DNA of 64,000 nt from assembly GCF_902459465.1 (NCBI RefSeq), contig NC_047063.1, positions 13,640,001 through 13,704,000 on the forward strand. Direction: 5' to 3'. Below, piece by piece: positions 26,919-41,248 of this stretch. The first letter of the stretch is position 1, and each line of letters opens with the position of its first letter. The notes under the pieces were generated by a model, which saw only the letters and a list, made by a program, of their open reading frames with translations, had not been told where the DNA came from and did not search any database. The position numbers and the translations under genes are program-made. The DNA is from Asterias rubens. Lineage: Eukaryota.

Positions 26919-29900
26919 TATTTTTTACGTACTGTTTGGTACCTTTTACGCACGACTTATTATATTGTACGTACGACTTTTTAAGTCGTTTGTTCTACAT
27001 GGTTTTGCACACACACACTCACAAATGTGACGTAGCAGCTCTAGGCTTCAATACAGTGTTTTGTTTCCTCTGCTTTGTTAGTATACATCATGTTCTATGG
27101 TTTTTTTTGTATGCATTGTGTGCTAAAAGATAAACCACGACCTTGCATAACAATATGGTACGTTTCACAAAATGTTCATATAGACGTAATATTACCACGT
27201 TTGTTGCCATGGTATATGGGTTACATCATTGTCAACTCGGGGATGACATTTTAATGTCGTCTTGTGTTTCGAAAGCTATGGCTGCTTTATCTTCCTTGAC
27301 TTCACCTTACGCGTTTGTCTCAATGGTTTGGTTTGGCATTACTAGTCAGTGGAAAATCATAAGTCTCATAGTAACTTATAAAAATGTTTTATTTAAAATG
27401 CCATATATTAAGAGCGACTATCGTAACCTTGCAGTGGAAAGTCACCCGATGTTTTGATGCATTTTGTTGAGCTTAGTGCATTAATCGGAAGTGGTCGGGG
27501 ATTAACACGCTTCGCCGACTACTTTTGGTAATGTCTCCTCTTAATTTTACAAATTGTCTTTTGGCAGGTGACTTTTAATGGTATTATTAACGTGTAACGA
27601 GCTGTACTCTAGTGGATTAGGAACACTTGAACGTTTTTTTGTGCGACGACTTTGGAGTTAATTTTGTTGCTGATTATGATAATTGTGCGAGAAGTATGGA
27701 CAGCTGACCAGCACTTTGTACGAAAGTAATTAATATAATAGTTATAACATGTTAATAAAAACGTAGTTAAAGTAAGTTTATTACCTTCATTGTACAATTA
27801 ACATCAAAATATATTTTGTGCAAAAAGGAAACGCTGAACAGGCATTAAGGCCCACTAAATGAGACCATTGATATACATGAATATTTTCTTTTTCTTTTTT
27901 TTACACAGACTACGACAGAGCAAAGATGCGGGAAAACAATGTTATTACAAAACTTGAATTATATCAATAAGTGAAATAATGAAACAAAATATTTTCAAAT
28001 GTATACAATATGGGGTGTTAGGGTAGTATTACATAAGCATAGTTTACCAATTCAAACATTCACTAAAGAACGAATAGCTAATGTTTTTCATCGAGACATG
28101 CTATGCCCTTCATAAGTTTGTTCGCCATTTTATTCTCTAACCAGCTCGAAACTTCTTCGACGTTTTACGACTTCGCAGTGGATGCTTGAGTAAGGCATCC
28201 TGCAATATTTTCCTCATAATTCCTCATGTGACATTATTTTCTTTACATGTCTCTTTCATCACGTATTAGGAGATAGCTTTTATGGTTTATGCAAGCTACG
28301 GCAATACCAACAATGGCGTTCTTTGTCACGTCGCAGGCTAATTGCCAAACGCATATAGTGCTTTTCCAAAATTCCCGAGGTCAACTCTGCATTAATTTGA
28401 TTAATAATTTCTATATTTCCCGCGGTGTGAATAATGCACACCAAGAATTTTGATTTTATTTCCTTTGTATTATATTTTCCTTTTACGTAGTGTATTATTT
28501 GTGGTTGCTATACAGATGACTTCGCAAAGTTGACAACCAATGGTTTTCTCCGCACGTTTGAGTGCTTGCAAAATAAACGACCTGTGTTGATTTGTGAGTG
28601 TTCTGTATTGCAGTCACCCTGTAGATGGTGGCTTTGTTCTGTACACTTAATGGAAAATCCTGTTCTTCAACACTGTAACAAACACTGTGTGGATGTGTGT
28701 AATGCACATAGTGCTTCAAGTTCCTACACTATGTGGACCTAGTTCTTAGGTCCACACATTGTATGAAGCGAGGGTGTTTTTATATTGCAGTCACTCTGTT
28801 CCTTTGTTATGTACACTTAAGGAAAATCATATTCGTCAACACTGTAACAAACAATGTATAGACGTGTGTAGGTCCACATAGTTAAAAGTCCTTTCACTAT
28901 GTGGACCTAATTAGTTCTCGGTTCAACACTTCGTATGTAGCAGGATGAGGGTGGTTTAAATATGTTTTCCTAACGATTTATACATTAACAAGGTCAACTA
29001 AGCCTCTGACGAAGTACCTCATCAGTCATGAATATTCATGAGGCATTTGTATTTTATAAATAGCCATATTGACACGCCATATCTCAAAAGTAAGTGAAAT
29101 GTGACGAAGAGAACAGGCTCTAGCAGTTTTGGCGGGAATTTTTTTTATTTTTTTATTTTTTTAAAGTTTGTACGGAATACTGGACACTTGATTAGATTCC
29201 GGCGTTGGTCACTCGTGTCCGGCCGATACTGGGCGGAAATTAGCTCCGATGGCCCCCGTCAGAAGTCGCCTCGGGACACGTTGGCAAAGCTATCGTCGTG
29301 ATCGATTACTGTACCCTTCCTAAATAACATCGTGTTATTCCAAATGATTTGGCATAGGCGAGGCGTGCTGAAATAAAGCTACTCTTGCCCGCATGTGCTA
29401 CTTCAAAGTGACAGTGGACGACTGCACGTAATGGGTCAGTTTGAAGGCCATTGTGTTTTAACGCCACACCAAGACTTCAGAACATTAGAAGTCCACAAAA
29501 CGAAAAAGCTTTTAACAAAACTATGTGGACTGACACACATCCACACAGTGTTTGTAACAGTGTTGAACAATAGGTATGTGTGTGAAGGATGTAGTGTTTT
29601 AAAATAATATGTTCTAGAATATCAGAAGTCCACATTGTGAAAGAACAAAATGTGGACTACTCACGTCCACATAGTGGTTTCAGTGTGCGTGCCATTGTGA
29701 TATCAATTAGTTCGTTAACATGGCGTACATTCTACATCAATTGTTCCCTTATCAGAGTACAATTTTATAGCACACTATGCTGATTTCGTTAACATTTTGA
29801 AAGACATGAAGTATACGCCCACGCGTTCGCGTAATTTAAAATAAATTTCATCACGTTCTCATTTATTTTGTGTACAGTAATTGCATATACATTAATGTTA

Positions 29901-32683
29901 TCATACGGGACAATGTTTTCGATGAACTGTGCTGAACAAAAAAAATTGTCTTCTTCAATACAACATTATTTTTTACAAATAAATTGACTGTGCAAGATAA
30001 TAATATGTTGAAAAGTAACATATTATTATTTGAAGTTATGATAATCTGTAATAGTACGATGAAAATGCAGAAAAATTTCCTTGCACCTCTATAGACTGAC
30101 TACATAACACTGATGAGTCCGTGTTGAAAAAGGGAAGGGGATATGTTGCGTGCTATTGTGAGCTCAGCTGGTTCCTCAACATGGCGTACACAAATGTTTT
30201 CCCCCAACAATTTGATTGCGCACGATAATAATATGTTGAAAAATAAAAAATATATTTTGCTACTTGTGAGTATCTTCAATAACACAATGGAAATCAAGAC
30301 AAACTAACCAAATAAAATATCCTTGCGCTTCTCTTGAACTAACAACATAAAACTGTCATACTAGGTCCGAGGAAATATTTTGGAAACTGCGTGTCATTGA
30401 AACCTCAATCAGTTCCTAAACATGACGTACATAATTATGTTTCTATGTTCTCTCTTTTTAAAATTATACACTTTGTATTGTTTGAAACTAAATTGTGTTA
30501 TTAGTTCTTGTGTTTAAATTTGTTTTTGTTTTTTCGTAATCAGTATTTAATTGTTATAAGTTGAGTTCACACATGGATTTATTTTCGCTTTTACTTTGAA
30601 GAAAACTGTGATGAAATAAATATATAGGTCCTTCTAAATATAACATTGTTTAAAAAAAAAAATGATTTTGTACGATAATGATATGCTGAAAAATATCATT
30701 ATTATATTTGTAGTTATGATAATCTTTAATAATACGATGAAAATCCAGGGGAAAAAACCTGCCGCAATGAAACATGATTGTCCTTGCACTGTTGAGCTAA
30801 CTACATCGGTCTGTCATCAGTGTTGACAAAGGGAAGGGGTAACTTTTTTTCTTTAATGCTGTGTGCTATTGTGAGCTCAGCTAGTTCGTAAACATGACGT
30901 TAACATTATTTTTTTCTCAGCAATTAGATTGTGCACGATAATGATATATTAAAAAGTTAAAATCTATATTTGCTAGTTATCATAATCTTCAATATTATAA
31001 TTGAAATACAATTGAAAAATATGTCATGACGAATTATCATTGCACTTCTCCTGATTTAGAAATTGCATCTGTGCAATTTTAACAATACTTTTATCTTGTA
31101 TTGCCACATAATTCAGCTATGTGCATTTTTTTTTTTTTTTTGTATGAATGATTTAATGAATTTACATATTTCTGTCGATAAAGAACAGGGGGTAATTTTT
31201 TAAACTGTGCGTGCCATTGTGAGATCATTTAGTTCGTTAACATGGCGTACATTCTACATCAATTGTTCCCTTATCCGAGTACAATTTTATAGCACACTAT
31301 GCTGATTTCGTTAACATTTTGAAAGACATGAAGTATACGCCCACGCGTTCGCGTAATTTAAAATAAATTTCATCACGTTCGCATTTATTTTGTTTACAGT
31401 AATTGCATATACATTAATGTTATCATACGGGACAATGTTTTCGATGAGGGGGCGCAGAATTTGTCTATGCACTACGAAATTGCCACGGTCATATTGCTTT
31501 TCGATGTTTTTTTTTTCTTTTCTTTTCTAGATCGATTCAAAAAAAAATATCGAATCAGGAAAATTGTTGAGGATGGCAATTCTAATGTTCGGAAAAATTG
31601 CTGGAGGATGTAACGAGTACCTGCTCCCAAAAGTTGGGATTCATATCTCCCTATAACCCCCCCCCCCCCCTCCCCCTCCCCTCCGACACAGCCCGTCCCC
31701 GGGAGGTATACCCGTAAGCAGTTATGTACGGTGAGCAAGTTGATATTTTAACGTGAATGGCAGGCAATGCCAAATGATTAAATCGGTACATCTCATAAAG
31801 ATGGTACGTTTAATCGCTCCCTTAAAACTATATGGTGGTATGTGACAGAATATCCGCGGGTGTACCTACTGGTTATTTAGTTTATCTATCTTTAGAAATT
31901 ACATAAAATGGACTCGGTTTGACATTTATGCAGCTTTCAGTGTAGTCAATAGTGGCATACAGGCATATTTATAAATAACAACCAATGCTCGCACAAATGG
32001 CCTTTTCCTTTTGTTTCTCTTGTGTGAGGCCTACTTGAAATCGTGTCGCGTTAAATACAAACAAAGTGCAGACAAACAAAGAAGAGTATACAGTGCTAAC
32101 ACACATCGGTGTATGGGTAAAAACCGAAATTAATCTTCTTTATCCGCGATGCAAATTTAACATCTATTATATAAAGTGCAGACTTGCTCGTTGTATTACT
32201 CTTCGTTACTTCATACCTTATTTGAATGTTTGTTTTTTATCAAGCTAGTCTTGCACTTTGTACGTTTATACACTACGTCAATGATTCAGCTACGAGTGTT
32301 CTTTCATATGAGATCAAGTGATGCTGTGCTTTCATTTGAATTTTTTTTAGGGTATCGCAAACTGTCGGTGTTATATGCTCATGTGTAGGGTATTGGAAAA
32401 AGTTTATATTTTAAAATAACAATTACTTTTGTGTTAAACTAAAAAAAAAACATGTATGGGTTCATAAAACAAATGAAATCTGGCTCTCCCATTTTACCAA
32501 TGCTTTCCAGATTTCGCCTCGATTTCTGCGACAATGTGCATTCAGTTATTATTGTATGATATTTGTTATTTACGAAAGTTACGTATCTGTCTCTAAATCT
32601 TCGTATCTCATTATTTTAAAAATGATATCAAAACGACGAGCAAGAATCTCACAGTACAACAACGAAGTTGTTCATGTCACGTC

Positions 32684-32872
32684 TGTGCGGCACCATAATG
32701 TAGCCCTAGCCCTAAATGTAGCATGACCGAAATGGGCTATATTTAGGTCCGGGCTACATTCAGGTACATGTTTGGGGCTCCATTTAGGTCCGGGTTACAT
32801 TTAGGTACATGTTTGGGGCTTCATTTAGGTCAGGCTACATTTAGGTCTCGGGCTACATTATGGTGCCGCACA
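32684..32872. mobile_element. TGT..ACA MITE with 6-bp TSD (CACGTC)
   Basis: TIR tgtgcggcaccataatgtagccc / gggctacattatggtgccgcaca; cacgtc at 32678-32683 and 32873-32878. Confidence 0.85.
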
Positions 32873-33740
32873 CACGTCAAATACAGAGTGTTGAATAAAC
32901 GCAAAGGGTGCGCAGTGTATAGGTTCAGGGTGTTTACAGATCGAAATCACACAAATATCCAAACAATAAAGAAATGGTTTCATTTCACGTCAAAAACAAG
33001 GTGTTGAAACAAACACTGAGAGTGTACAATACTTGCTTTCAGTGTGTTTATAGATCGAAACTCTACAAATAAACCACACAGCTGTTGGGAAGTTTGACAC
33101 TAGGTGTACAACAAACGGCGACTGTGCATTGCCTCTAGGCATTTGCTTCTTCAGTTGATGTTTTATTTATAGGTTATATCAATATTTGCTTTTGCGTTAT
33201 TGGCTGTTTGATTTCATGGCGAAAAATCTACATTTAATACTAACTATTAGGATATCAGGATTTTGTGTAAAAAAGTCATCTTAGAAAATATAAAAAGACA
33301 AATTATGGTTGAAACTTTTTAAACTTGAATTTGTTTCATACTTTCGTCTTCAAACCAATCATGTATTTCATAAAACACACACCAATTTGCCTTACTGCAG
33401 TCGTGTATGGCTTTTGAGGATGGTCTCTGTGTGAAACACTGATAGAAATATCGACTGCTCATAAAAAAAGTATACATAATTTCCACCTTGACTGTGGAAC
33501 ATTGCAATCGTGATGCATCTTTTTGTATAAATGTATACATTATGCATTTTAATTTTCTTACTGGCCGTCCAGGTATAGTAGTTAATACGCAGGACAGTTC
33601 TTTTCATGAAATCTTCTCCGTGGTGGTAGAGAATTCTTCCGAATTACAAGCAAGACAAGGTCTCAAAAGAACATTCTAAGTTTATTATTGTTACATAGTT
33701 TCCATTGTTATAAAGTGAGTGTTACTAAAAAAAAAAAGAT

Positions 33741-33810
33741 AACAATAATAACAACAACAACAACAACAACGTCTACAACACAAACAACAACAACAACAAC
33801 AACAACATCA
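33741..33810. repeat. Interrupted (AAC)n microsatellite
   Basis: Directly visible. Confidence 0.9.
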
Positions 33811-35986
33811 GCACAAATCAATGTTAGTCATCAACAACAGTGTCTGTTTTCACACCACTATTAATTGTCACCAATTTACAAACTGCCAATTTATTCATTA
33901 GATTGTCCGCACCAGGCGTATAAGGAGACTACTGTTTCGTAATGATTAACGGCTGTTAAATGGCCTCCTGGACGATTAGGCGCGAAATCAACTGTCCTAA
34001 AGCCAGATCTATAAGGTCACAGCGGCCGATGACTGTTCATGATGAAATATTTGCGTTCCTCTTTTTTCTTTGATAGAAAATGAAAGCAGGGGTGGTTTTC
34101 ACAAAGAGTGATAACTAGTCTTATCTCGAGTTAGGACGAGTTACTCGCTCGTCCTAACTTAGGACTAGCCTTAAGTTTTTAATCACTCCTAAAGAGTCCT
34201 ATATGACTATAGTCATAAGTTAGGATTTTCTCAATTGTTATACCGAGGTAAGACGGGAATAATATTGGTCGTCGTAGTTGCGAGATAACTGAAAGAAAAC
34301 AACACCCTTTAAAAAGTCACACGAAATCAATTCAAATATTTTACTGAGAAAGTACTTCTTTCTCCCAAACTATGTCACTTCAGAGAGGGACGTTTCTCAC
34401 AATATTTTATCATCAGTTCTCCATTGCCCGTTACCAAGTATGTTTTTATGTTAACTGTTATTTTAAACCTATTTAATAATAGCCATTTTTTTATGATGTC
34501 AGAAGACCGTGAACGAGAAACATGCCCAAGAGAGACCCAAGGGCAATTTCTTTCTCTGTAAATACTTGTGGTTTTTTCTAAGGCTAATTAAGCCTACCAT
34601 TAATCGCTGTAATAGTTAATGAATTCCGAGAATATGATAGACCTCTCCATATCAAAATGAAAAATTAAATGCCCCCATTAATATTTTCAAGTCAATTTGT
34701 ACATCCATGTTTGGTTATTAAATATGTTTTGTTATTTGATATTAAACTATACGCTTAACCATGACTCCCACGAGAGGTTAGTCGATGAGTGAAGCTCAAT
34801 GACACCGTCGATTAATATCCCCACTTAAATTTCTGTCAATTGTGATTAGACTTCAACGCACTTTTTTAATGTGCAATTTAAGTACCATTTAAAAAGGAAT
34901 TTATTTCATGGTTTTTAATTTCAAATCCTTGAGAGGAGATGGACAATTATATGGCGCCGTCTAAATGACATTTATATTATATTTAGTTCCGTTGTTTGTG
35001 TAATCAAGCATTTTTATTTATTCATCTGTTTCTTTTTATGATTTTTCTTTTATGATTTTTTTTTTATGCAAATTCACCCTACACAAGGTTAACTACAAAA
35101 CACTCTTGGTAAAGAGCTACACGAATAAAAATGTTTAACAAGTGAAAAATAAGTAAAAGGTAGCCGAATGTCTTTTCCCTTGTAAATGTTGTTTTTCTGT
35201 TTTCTTAGTTGATAAAGTGATTTTAGGCCAATGTTTATTTGAGAGGAGCATTGTTTGTGTAACAACCTCTTGGAACCTTTTATACTAAAAGGCTCTAAGG
35301 TGATACAAGATCTACACATTCCCGGGTCAGAAATCAGGGTCATATGGTTTCCAAGGCCTGAACCATTTTGGGGGGCAATGTGATCACGGAAACTGTGTCA
35401 AACATAACCCGAAATGGGTAAGGCTGAATTGGAAGAATCAGAATTAAAATGTCCTGTTTTTAACCAGTTTCCGGGCCAGCCTGACACTGAAATTGGTCAG
35501 ACCCTCTATATGCTCCGGGATCCGAGTCAATTTGAGAGTGTTTGTTTTTCACTCGATTATTTAATTAACTCTATTTAAACTGAATTTAACGTTCGGGGTT
35601 TCCTTGTGCATGTTGTGATCCAGTCACGCAATTATGGTGCACAGCAATTGTACAGCAACTGTGAAACTGTTGTGTGACTATACATAATGATTTTAATGAT
35701 CTGTCATTTCATGTCATGTTGTTTTTGTATCTGCATGTTCACCTGACTTTTTTTCAACTATTTGACTTTCTAATGAGTGCAATAAACCTAATCATGCAAC
35801 TCAGCTAAAAAAAAGTCCCCCCACCCCCCATGAACAAAAAACACACACAAAAATGAATAGGTTACCATTTTTGAAGAGATTTTTTTTAAGATCGCTCTTT
35901 TAATCGAAAGAAGTTAATATAACAAAGAATTTCTGTTTGGGTAGTGTCAAATGACAAACCCCAGGGACGGGTCTATAACAACACCA

Positions 35987-36209
35987 GGGCCAAATTTCAC
36001 TGAGCTGCTTAAGCAAAAAAAAATAATCCTTGCTTAGTAAAATCAGAGTAACGGCCAAGACTCAACCCAATTGTTATGCTAAGTAAACAACAGCTAGTCA
36101 CAAGCAATATATATGGCATGAAATTTTGGCCAGTAACATGTGTAAAATAAGCAAGTTATTTTCGTGCTTAAGCAATTTTTTTGCTTAAGCAGCTCTATGA
36201 AATTGGCCC
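35987..36209. mobile_element. Harbinger-like MITE (gggccaaatttca family)
   Basis: TIR gggccaaatttcactgagctgcttaagca / tgcttaagcagctctatgaaattggccc; partial copies near 46410-46568, 53330-53397 and 54352-54430. Confidence 0.7.
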
Positions 36210-37742
36210 CCGGCCAGTTGTTTGCTCATCCAAATGAATGCATCTTATACACTCTTCTGTTCTTTTCTTATGAACTTCATCATCTTATGATCTCTTATTG
36301 AAGAGCCTTTATTATCCCCACCGTGGAACAACACTCAATGATCTTCTTTATGAATTAAACATGAATGTCTCAGTAATAGCATTCACGCAGGGGCGTTCGC
36401 AGACAATAAGTAACCCTACCCGAGCATCATTCTTGTACAGTAAGTCATGGATGTGCAATGAATGCCCTATTGATCGGACTGTTTGCTGCAACCATTTCTG
36501 CCCGGAGTTGAACTAGTAGGGGGGAACACTTCTTTGGGTATGCCACCCACTCTCCCAGGTTTGAGCCTCGAAATAATTGTTCCATTAGATTCCCTGTGTC
36601 TCTAAACACCGTCATAATTATTAACACTTGTTAAAGTGTTACAGCACGTCTGGTTGCATAGTTATGAACATTTGAAAACGGCAGCCATTTTGAACGCCAT
36701 GTTGGTGTGAGATGCTTATATGAGTTATAATATTATCTCAAAACATGATGCTATTGAATTCGCAGTGATTTGCAGACAAATAAAAATCGGTCGGTAATCC
36801 AACCCGAGCATCATTCTCCAACAGTAAATACTGGATTTGCATTGCCCTATTGATCGGACTGTTGGCAGCAAAACATTCTGCCTGGAGTTGAGACATTAAG
36901 GGGGACACTTGTAAGGCTCCGTACTGTCTTGCGTCGCCGTGCAATACCTCGACTTTTGAGTCATTTTAATGTCTGGTTTGGGGACATATTAATGCTTCAT
37001 TTCGTTTAGGCATACACATTACCTACTCTACACAGAGTGATTGAGTCTAAATCGGCAGTGTGTGAATTTTGCTGGAAATTATATGACGCCATACTGAGAT
37101 ATCGCCTCACAACCTTTTCCAGACTCAGTTTGGTTTACTAAAATGTGTAACTTAGACGTTTCCACATAGTGGGCATGGCCGGCCGAATGATGGCAAAATA
37201 ATCACTTGAGTTCAACAAGAAATTGTTTCAAAATTCAACATTTTCAGTGAATACTCATGAGTTAAAATATCTCTTATGGTTTATTTAAAACAAATCCAAC
37301 ATATTTGATTATTTATGTGCTATTTTTACAAGCAAAATAATAGGCTGTCTTGTTTTTACTTCTATACAGAATGGCCTCCCATAGTTTTCCAACCTCGGAT
37401 GGTAAAACCTTTGGCTGTGACGTTGCAAAGAAAGGTCTATAGGTTGTTGAAAACAAGATGTCAGTATTCTCCATATTAGATCGATCAGAAAACATATGCT
37501 TTTGTCTTGGGGCTTTACCTTCATTGGTTCACTTTGACAGAAGGCCCCCCCCCCCCCCCCCGTCATTGATTCAGTTCAGTTCCTGACAAGGAACTTACGG
37601 AAATCATGATTGACATTCCCAATGTGTAGTTTCATATTAAACACACCCTTCAAATGTCATGGCTATTAGATTTGTGTTAATAAACACTTAATACTTGGCC
37701 CGCGTGCACAGGTTAGACGGTGTATATTATGATCGTCTTTAA

Positions 37743-38132
37743 AGGCACTGGACACAAGGTATTTATTTGCATTTTGAGGTTTGGTGGACGCAATACTACG
37801 ACATATTTGGTTCGGGTAAATTAATCTGTAGACACCCAAGCCAAACAGTGCAATACTATATCGTGCCCACTATGCCTAAAACTGGCTAATGGAGAGCTAT
37901 TGATATTGTAAAACATTGTGAGAAACGGCTGAAGTAACGTAGTTTTTGAGACGGAGGTAATTTCTCACTAATATAATAAAAGACTTCAGTTGAAGCCTTT
38001 TATTGTGCATCTGAAAGCACACAAAGTTTTGCAACATGCTATGTTTTTTTCTTTCATTATTCTCTGGTCATAGTTGGGATACACCAAGCGAAAATACCGG
38101 TCTTTGACAATTACCAAACGTGTCCAGTGCCT
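37743..38132 (+). mobile_element. Kolobok/T2-type MITE, family A variant
   Basis: TTAA|aggcactggacac ... gtgtccagtgcct|TTAA. Confidence 0.85.
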
Positions 38133-39010
38133 TTAAAGTAGTTAAAACTGTAGGATTGAAGTGAGAGAAACGGGAAAACAAGAAAAATCTCAAACAACAT
38201 CGAGTCCCTTCGTAATTGAAGAGGACTTGAAAGGGTCGAGTGGTTGGCGAGCTTTAACATGTCTTCCTCTGCCATCAAGCATTAACTGGCTACTCGTGAT
38301 ATGTCAACGTTTAATGGACAACATCATGCTATATATCAGTTACCTTTTCACCATTCGACTCTTTACGTTGAGTCGTTTGATGGCTTGATGGGGGTGGACA
38401 GTTCTGAGCCTATGGACGGAGTCTTGTTTACCCATCTGTAGTGAAAGTACATCATCGGTGTTTTGTTTTTGGTTATTAGTATTTGACACTGGTAAAAAAG
38501 TAAAGCCAGTAGTGAACACGGGTTGATGTTTGGAGATGCCAAGCGTGACGCGTCACTGGTATACAGTCAATTATGAAGGTTTCAACTAAACAAAATTTTC
38601 CTTTGAACTTGAAGCTTTCCACACATTAATGTTGTTATACATTCCACAGAATAATGTTCACATGGATGGATGATGTATTTGACCTCAGTCGAGTAGCGTC
38701 ATTACCTGTCAATCAACTAATTATCAAATGAAGTTATGCACCATTCCGCAGTCATAATTACCAGACTGTTTATTAGTAGAGTGTCATTTTAATGTCCTTG
38801 GGCTACATAGAATCTTGTGTTCTGACGTTACCAAAGAACAGTGCGGAAAGGCCCCGCACGTTTTAAATTCTCCTCTGATTCCGTTATCGCACGCAGTGTG
38901 CCCGTGCGACTCAATTATTGCACCAGCTCGTCTCTTCTTCAGCTTCGTTTTATTCCTTTCTAGTGCAGCCCTTTGGGTCTTTTACATGCGTTGATAGTTT
39001 GTATAACAAC

Positions 39011-39162
39011 ACACGGGACCTACAGCTTTACGTCCCATCCGGATAACGAAGTAATTGTTCAGTGTCTTTATAGTTAAGAACACAAGTGTCACGGCTGGGG
39101 CTTATAAGATACACCGGAGCTTGAGTTCGGTGCTCTTTTAAACTGTTGGGCCACGACACCCA
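39011..39162 (-). mobile_element. tRNA-derived SINE fragment, same family
   Basis: gggacctacagctttacgtcccatccgga is the near reverse complement of the central domain at ~21168-21197. Confidence 0.7.
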
Positions 39163-39976
39163 TTTCGTTTTACGTTATGAATTTGTACAATTTTCAAAAT
39201 CTGAGAATTGAACATTATTCTTTAATGTTTGCTGTATGGGCTGATTAATGTCGCTGGTTGCTGTGTATGTGGAGAGAACAGCTTGCAAATCACGTGATAG
39301 GATGGACACATTTGAAACGCATAACCAACCCATCGGCTCGATTAGCACGTCGTGTGTGACACATACACGTATGTTGATTGTTTTCAGGCATGAAGGCCAG
39401 ACACCGAAATTGCATTGAGTTTATTAATGCGCAGTTTTTACTGTAGGCCTAAAGGTTTCTAAAACTGACGATAACACTCCTGTGGAGGATTTGAAGTCTT
39501 AAGTCAAGTGTGAGAAGGCAGCTCATGTCAAATCTATAATAAGTAGTGATTGTCACACCATCTGAGAAGACATCTTATGTAAAATCTATAAGAACTTTTA
39601 TACGTCACACCATGTTATTTTGGGTTTTTTTTTTACCCAATTTGAATATCTCAATGTTACCGCGGAATGCGGAGAACGTGTTTACAGTGTTTTAGCCTGG
39701 ATTATACTGCGGAAGGCTTAAACATATTTTTAGTTCATTTTAATTCCTTGGTGTAGTGTTTTGATAACACCTGGGGAGTTTGCGGTTAATCATCCGAGTT
39801 TATACATATTACGGTAAAAATTTTAATATTATATCTATATCAATCTTTTTAAAAATGAAGCAAATTATTCCCATTTTAGGAGCAACTCACTGCAACCCAG
39901 TGGCTTCAAGTTACTGGATGTGTTAAGAAGACCACGAGAATGTACGTTATTTAAGACAGTGGAGTGTAGAGCCCGT

Positions 39977-40200
39977 AAAGGCACTGGACACTTATGTTAA
40001 CATACTCAAAATAATTGTTAGCATAGCAATAATCAGCAATGGGGAGTTGTTGATTAAAACAATGTGTGAAACGGCTCCCTCTGAAGTAACGTAGTTTTTT
40101 GAGAAAGAGAGGTAACTTTCTCTCTCAAGTATTAGAAGACCTAAGGCCTTAAACCTTTTAGTTCATCTGAAAGCACACACATTGTTGGGGGTGAAGGGTG
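39977..40200 (+). mobile_element. Family A MITE, 3'-truncated
   Basis: aaggcactggacac start and ggctccctctgaagtaacgtag body; no right TIR. Confidence 0.65.
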
Positions 40201-40254
40201 TTTGTAGAGTCTATGATGCTATATCAAACCTATAAACGTGCACATTTTACCACT

Positions 40255-40587
40255 GAAGGAACGTGTATCAAACTTACATTGATGAATCGAGCAGAAAACA
40301 TCACTTGAAATATTTTTGTCTGAAATATTACATGTCATGAAAAACAAATAATATAAGTTCGCGTTTGGAGTTTATCGCTCAGTGGAGCGTTTTATTTATT
40401 TTTGTTTTGGCATCGACGCAATGCGAAATTTGGTAATTGTTTTTTTCACTATTCTCTCGTTACCCAGGTGGCCGATCTATCTCAAACTTCTACAGGTTTG
40501 TCAGTTATGTATATGGTGGATTACATAAAGTGCTTATACTTGCCAGCAACCTTTTTTGGCTAACAAAACCAATTCGGTAATGTTCCT
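40255..40587 (+). mobile_element. TTAA-flanked MITE, family B (left end decayed)
   Basis: Shares cgcgtttggagtttatcgctcagt and the right TIR with 6246-6622. Confidence 0.75.
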
Positions 40588-40883
40588 TTAATGATACATT
40601 CTGATCACTATAGATAAATCTGTTAAAGACATTCATGAACCCCCTCTCTACTCCTGCGGGACATCGCTACCGAGGATAGACAAATATTGTTTTTGTTTAA
40701 ATATAGATTTGATTATCCACTGTGAAATGATATTCAGATATATACAATTGCTTAAACTGTATATATACATGCATGACGCAGGTGCTTCATTAAGAAACAT
40801 TGATTACTTTTGAAGACACAACGAGGTGTTAATACGTATGGATTAAAAATGAAGTTGACTGCTAGAGGCATAAATAGCGTTAA

Positions 40884-41244
40884 AGGCATTATTCACTTTC
40901 GGAACAGAAACAAAAAGTTCACAGGTTTACAAATAACTTACAGGGTTTACAGAAGGTAATGGTAAAAGACTTCTCTTTAAATATTATTCCATGAAATGCT
41001 TTACTTTTTGAGAAAGCATTAAAACAATTATCAATTCTCGACAACGAGAATTACGGATTATAGTAAACACATGTCATGACACGGCGAAACGTGCGGAAAC
41101 AAGGGTGGGTTTCCCGTTATTTTCTCCCGACTCCGATGACCGATTGAGCCTTAATGTTCACAGGTTTGTTATTTCATATATAAGTTGTGATACACGAAGT
41201 GTGGGCTTTTGGACAATACTGTTTACCGAAAGTGTCCAATGGCT
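40884..41244 (+). mobile_element. TTAA-flanked MITE, family C
   Basis: TTAA|aggcattattcactttcgg ... ccgaaagtgtccaatggct|TTAA. Confidence 0.8.
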
Positions 41245-41248
41245 TTAA

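Noticed and set aside
25703-26919. Long ORFs (up to 270 aa) with heptad periodicity
   Set aside because: They result from a 21-bp repeat lacking stops in several frames; they are open on both strands with no unique domain.
28100-28400. Minus-strand NVEEVSSWLE, reminiscent of a SAM-domain start
   Set aside because: Preceded by an in-frame stop, and the match is too short to support a pseudogene call.
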